Shown here piece by piece: positions 62,151 through 64,000 of a stretch of 64,000 bases of DNA (the stretch's first letter is position 1; each line of letters begins with the position of its first letter). Position numbers and translations under genes: made by a program. Under the pieces are notes generated by a model, which saw only the letters and a program-made list of their open reading frames with translations, was not told where the DNA came from and searched no databases. The stretch comes from Anthoceros angustus (taxonomy: Eukaryota; Plantae; Anthocerotophyta), in the NCBI GenBank assembly GCA_010909165.1, contig VJWM01000304.1, forward strand, positions 1-64,000. Direction: 5' to 3'.

Positions 62151-62689
62151 CATAGGCGGCCGTGGTGAAGGTAAGGTGGAAATGCCATTATGAGCAAATA
62201 AACCGAAAGATCTTCACCGGTAGAACTTGGCGGTGACACCGCCTCTTCATTGTTTTCTCGGCATTGGGGTTCACATGTACGGCTTTTGACTTAGGGTCCT
62301 ATAAATGGTTTTCCATGTAATCATTTCCTTAATTGACATTTATGGTTAGGGTTGCCACATGTGTATGGCGTGACCGAGCAGGCGTCATACTTTCGATTCA
62401 GTGGAGAGTAACCACGAGAGGCGAGCAAGTTCTTCCGAGCCAGGCAGTGGCGGCCGCCTCGGCGGCATCAACTCTCGGAGAAGGACTTTTGGCGCTGTCT
62501 CCCAGCACGCGACTTCTCCACGCTGCGATCCTCCGCCATTTCCTCTTCGCCGCGATTCACATAGTCTTCCGGTATGGCCCCTCCCCCTTCCTGTTCTGCA
62601 AATTTCCTTCAAGTTGTGCGACGCTGATTCCTTCTTTGAATTGCGCTGCCTTCCTATGGCAGATTGTATCTAATCTCTTCAGGATGGCA

Positions 62690-63680
62690 AGCGGAAGACG
62701 AAGTAGGAAGGAACGTGGAGAAGAGGCAACATCGACCCGATGCCCAAAACCAAGAAATCCGGCGGCAAGAAGAAGGATGCGGCGGAATTTCGGTGTGGAT
62801 GTCGGAGAAGGCACGCCTACCTCCGGTGGAGGCGCGAGATACAACCAGCCATCAAGCACCCCAGAGGTAATTTGTCAATTGGGCATGGGAAATCGGGCAG
62901 CCTAACATCCGGGAAGGCCAGCGAAGGAGAAGGAGCGGGGAGACCGAGGAAGAGACCCCACAGGCAATCTGCAGCGCCTATTCCAACGCCATTTAACTAT
63001 GAGGATATCTATTGCCATACGGCGGTTGGGGAGCAAGGTGGAGGCCAATGTTCTGCTCGAGAAGGACTGGATGTTGACACAGGATGAGGAGCCTTCGGAG
63101 GAGAACAATTTTTGGACTCCTCTATTGAAACTGTGGGTCGTAGGGTTCAAGGGGGCCTTGCCAAACCAGAGCAAGGGCTGGCTGGGTTCTATGGGCGACT
63201 GTGGATATGGATGGACGAGAGCCTGTGTTTCAGATGCTGTGCACAACAAAGCCTTTGGTATTTGATCGGATAAGCGAAGATGAAACCATGTACAAGGCTT
63301 ATGAGGTCAGCCTACATGGCTTCCAAAGCAAGAAGTGCAGTCCTTCAAACCTGGTGGAGGATTTGAAATGCTATCGTCGATATAAGTAAAACTTTGGAAT
63401 AAGGTTTTCAAGGCGATTGATGCAAATCGTTGTATGTTGGTTTCCATGACTTGTGCCTTCTATCTTGCGTTTCCTCAATCCTTTTTACATTTTGCGGGAT
63501 GCTCGCAAGCTAGAGCATTACGACCATATGCGGAAGATTACCGAATCCGTCATCCGGCATAGGAGGAAATGTCTGGCAGTCGAGCCCGGCTTGAATGTGC
63601 ATGACGGGCTCACCGGCCGGCGCGGTGCGGCTAGTGAGCTCGGCCCATCGATGAGGAGGATGGGTGTATACCGTCCTTGG
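62690..63680 (+). pseudogene. Conserved unknown ORF X, copy 2
   Basis: Homologous to 28540-29520. Confidence 0.65.
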
Positions 63681-64000
63681 CCACTCCGATGGCGACTTTC
63701 GGGAGGCGGAGGATGGAAGGATGCTCCGTTCTGGACATTCCTTTTCCGGCTCCTCCATGGAGGTACCCAGTGGTCGGTCGGAGGAGGTGAGGCGCCGGCG
63801 GCCGCGCCCTCCTGAATAAGTCTTTGGAGACACGTTACGGACTGGGTTTGGGGTTCCCAAGGCACCGAAGGGTTGGGCGCCGGCCGCTGCTGCACCCTTG
63901 CACTTGTTGCGGAAGAGGCGGTGGGCGGCGGTGGGCGGCGCGGTTCTATTGAGGCACCTCCTGTCCGCCCGATCCGAGAGTATGGAGACAGGGGACTCGA

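Larger units (their letters stand above)
57849..64000 (-). mobile_element. Sola1-like TIR transposon, copy 2 (diverged, right end not in window)
   Basis: Starts AACATGCTAATCTTGGAAGGGGGTTAATA like copy 1. Colinear transposase (-) and ORF X (+). Colinearity beyond ~63680 was not seen. Confidence 0.78.

Overview
This is a eukaryotic, almost entirely transposon-derived window with no intact host gene, no RNA genes and no CRISPR. A land-plant source is inferred from PLS-class PPR repeats, an Athila-like Ty3/Gypsy element and a CACTA element; a non-seed plant such as a fern is plausible but unproven. Nearly every ORF is broken by 1-bp indels, which look like unpolished long-read errors, so proteins were read across frameshifts by eye and coding coordinates are approximate. 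The nesting is as follows. (1) An ~11.9-kb Ty3/Gypsy element (4032-15952) has ~2.8-kb LTRs that themselves carry a coiled-coil ORF. It is inserted into an LTR-like repeat (A) whose inverted relative (B) follows at ~17700-21320. (2) A 32-kb TIR element (21684-53742) has GGG...CCC ends, a GGTA target duplication and a Sola2-type transposase; an empty-site paralog lies at 55601-56160. (3) Nested inside it is a 9.3-kb TIR element (23468-32796) with a Sola1-like (DUF7869-type) transposase and a divergently oriented, intron-containing gene encoding a ParB/Srx-like domain plus a beta-class N6-adenine/N4-cytosine DNA methyltransferase-like domain. This is the most striking observation. (4) A 7.1-kb CACTA element (43524-50638, CAA target duplication) splits the Sola2 transposase and carries a captured PPR fragment. 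(5) A second, diverged member of the Sola1-like family starts at 57849 and runs off the window.
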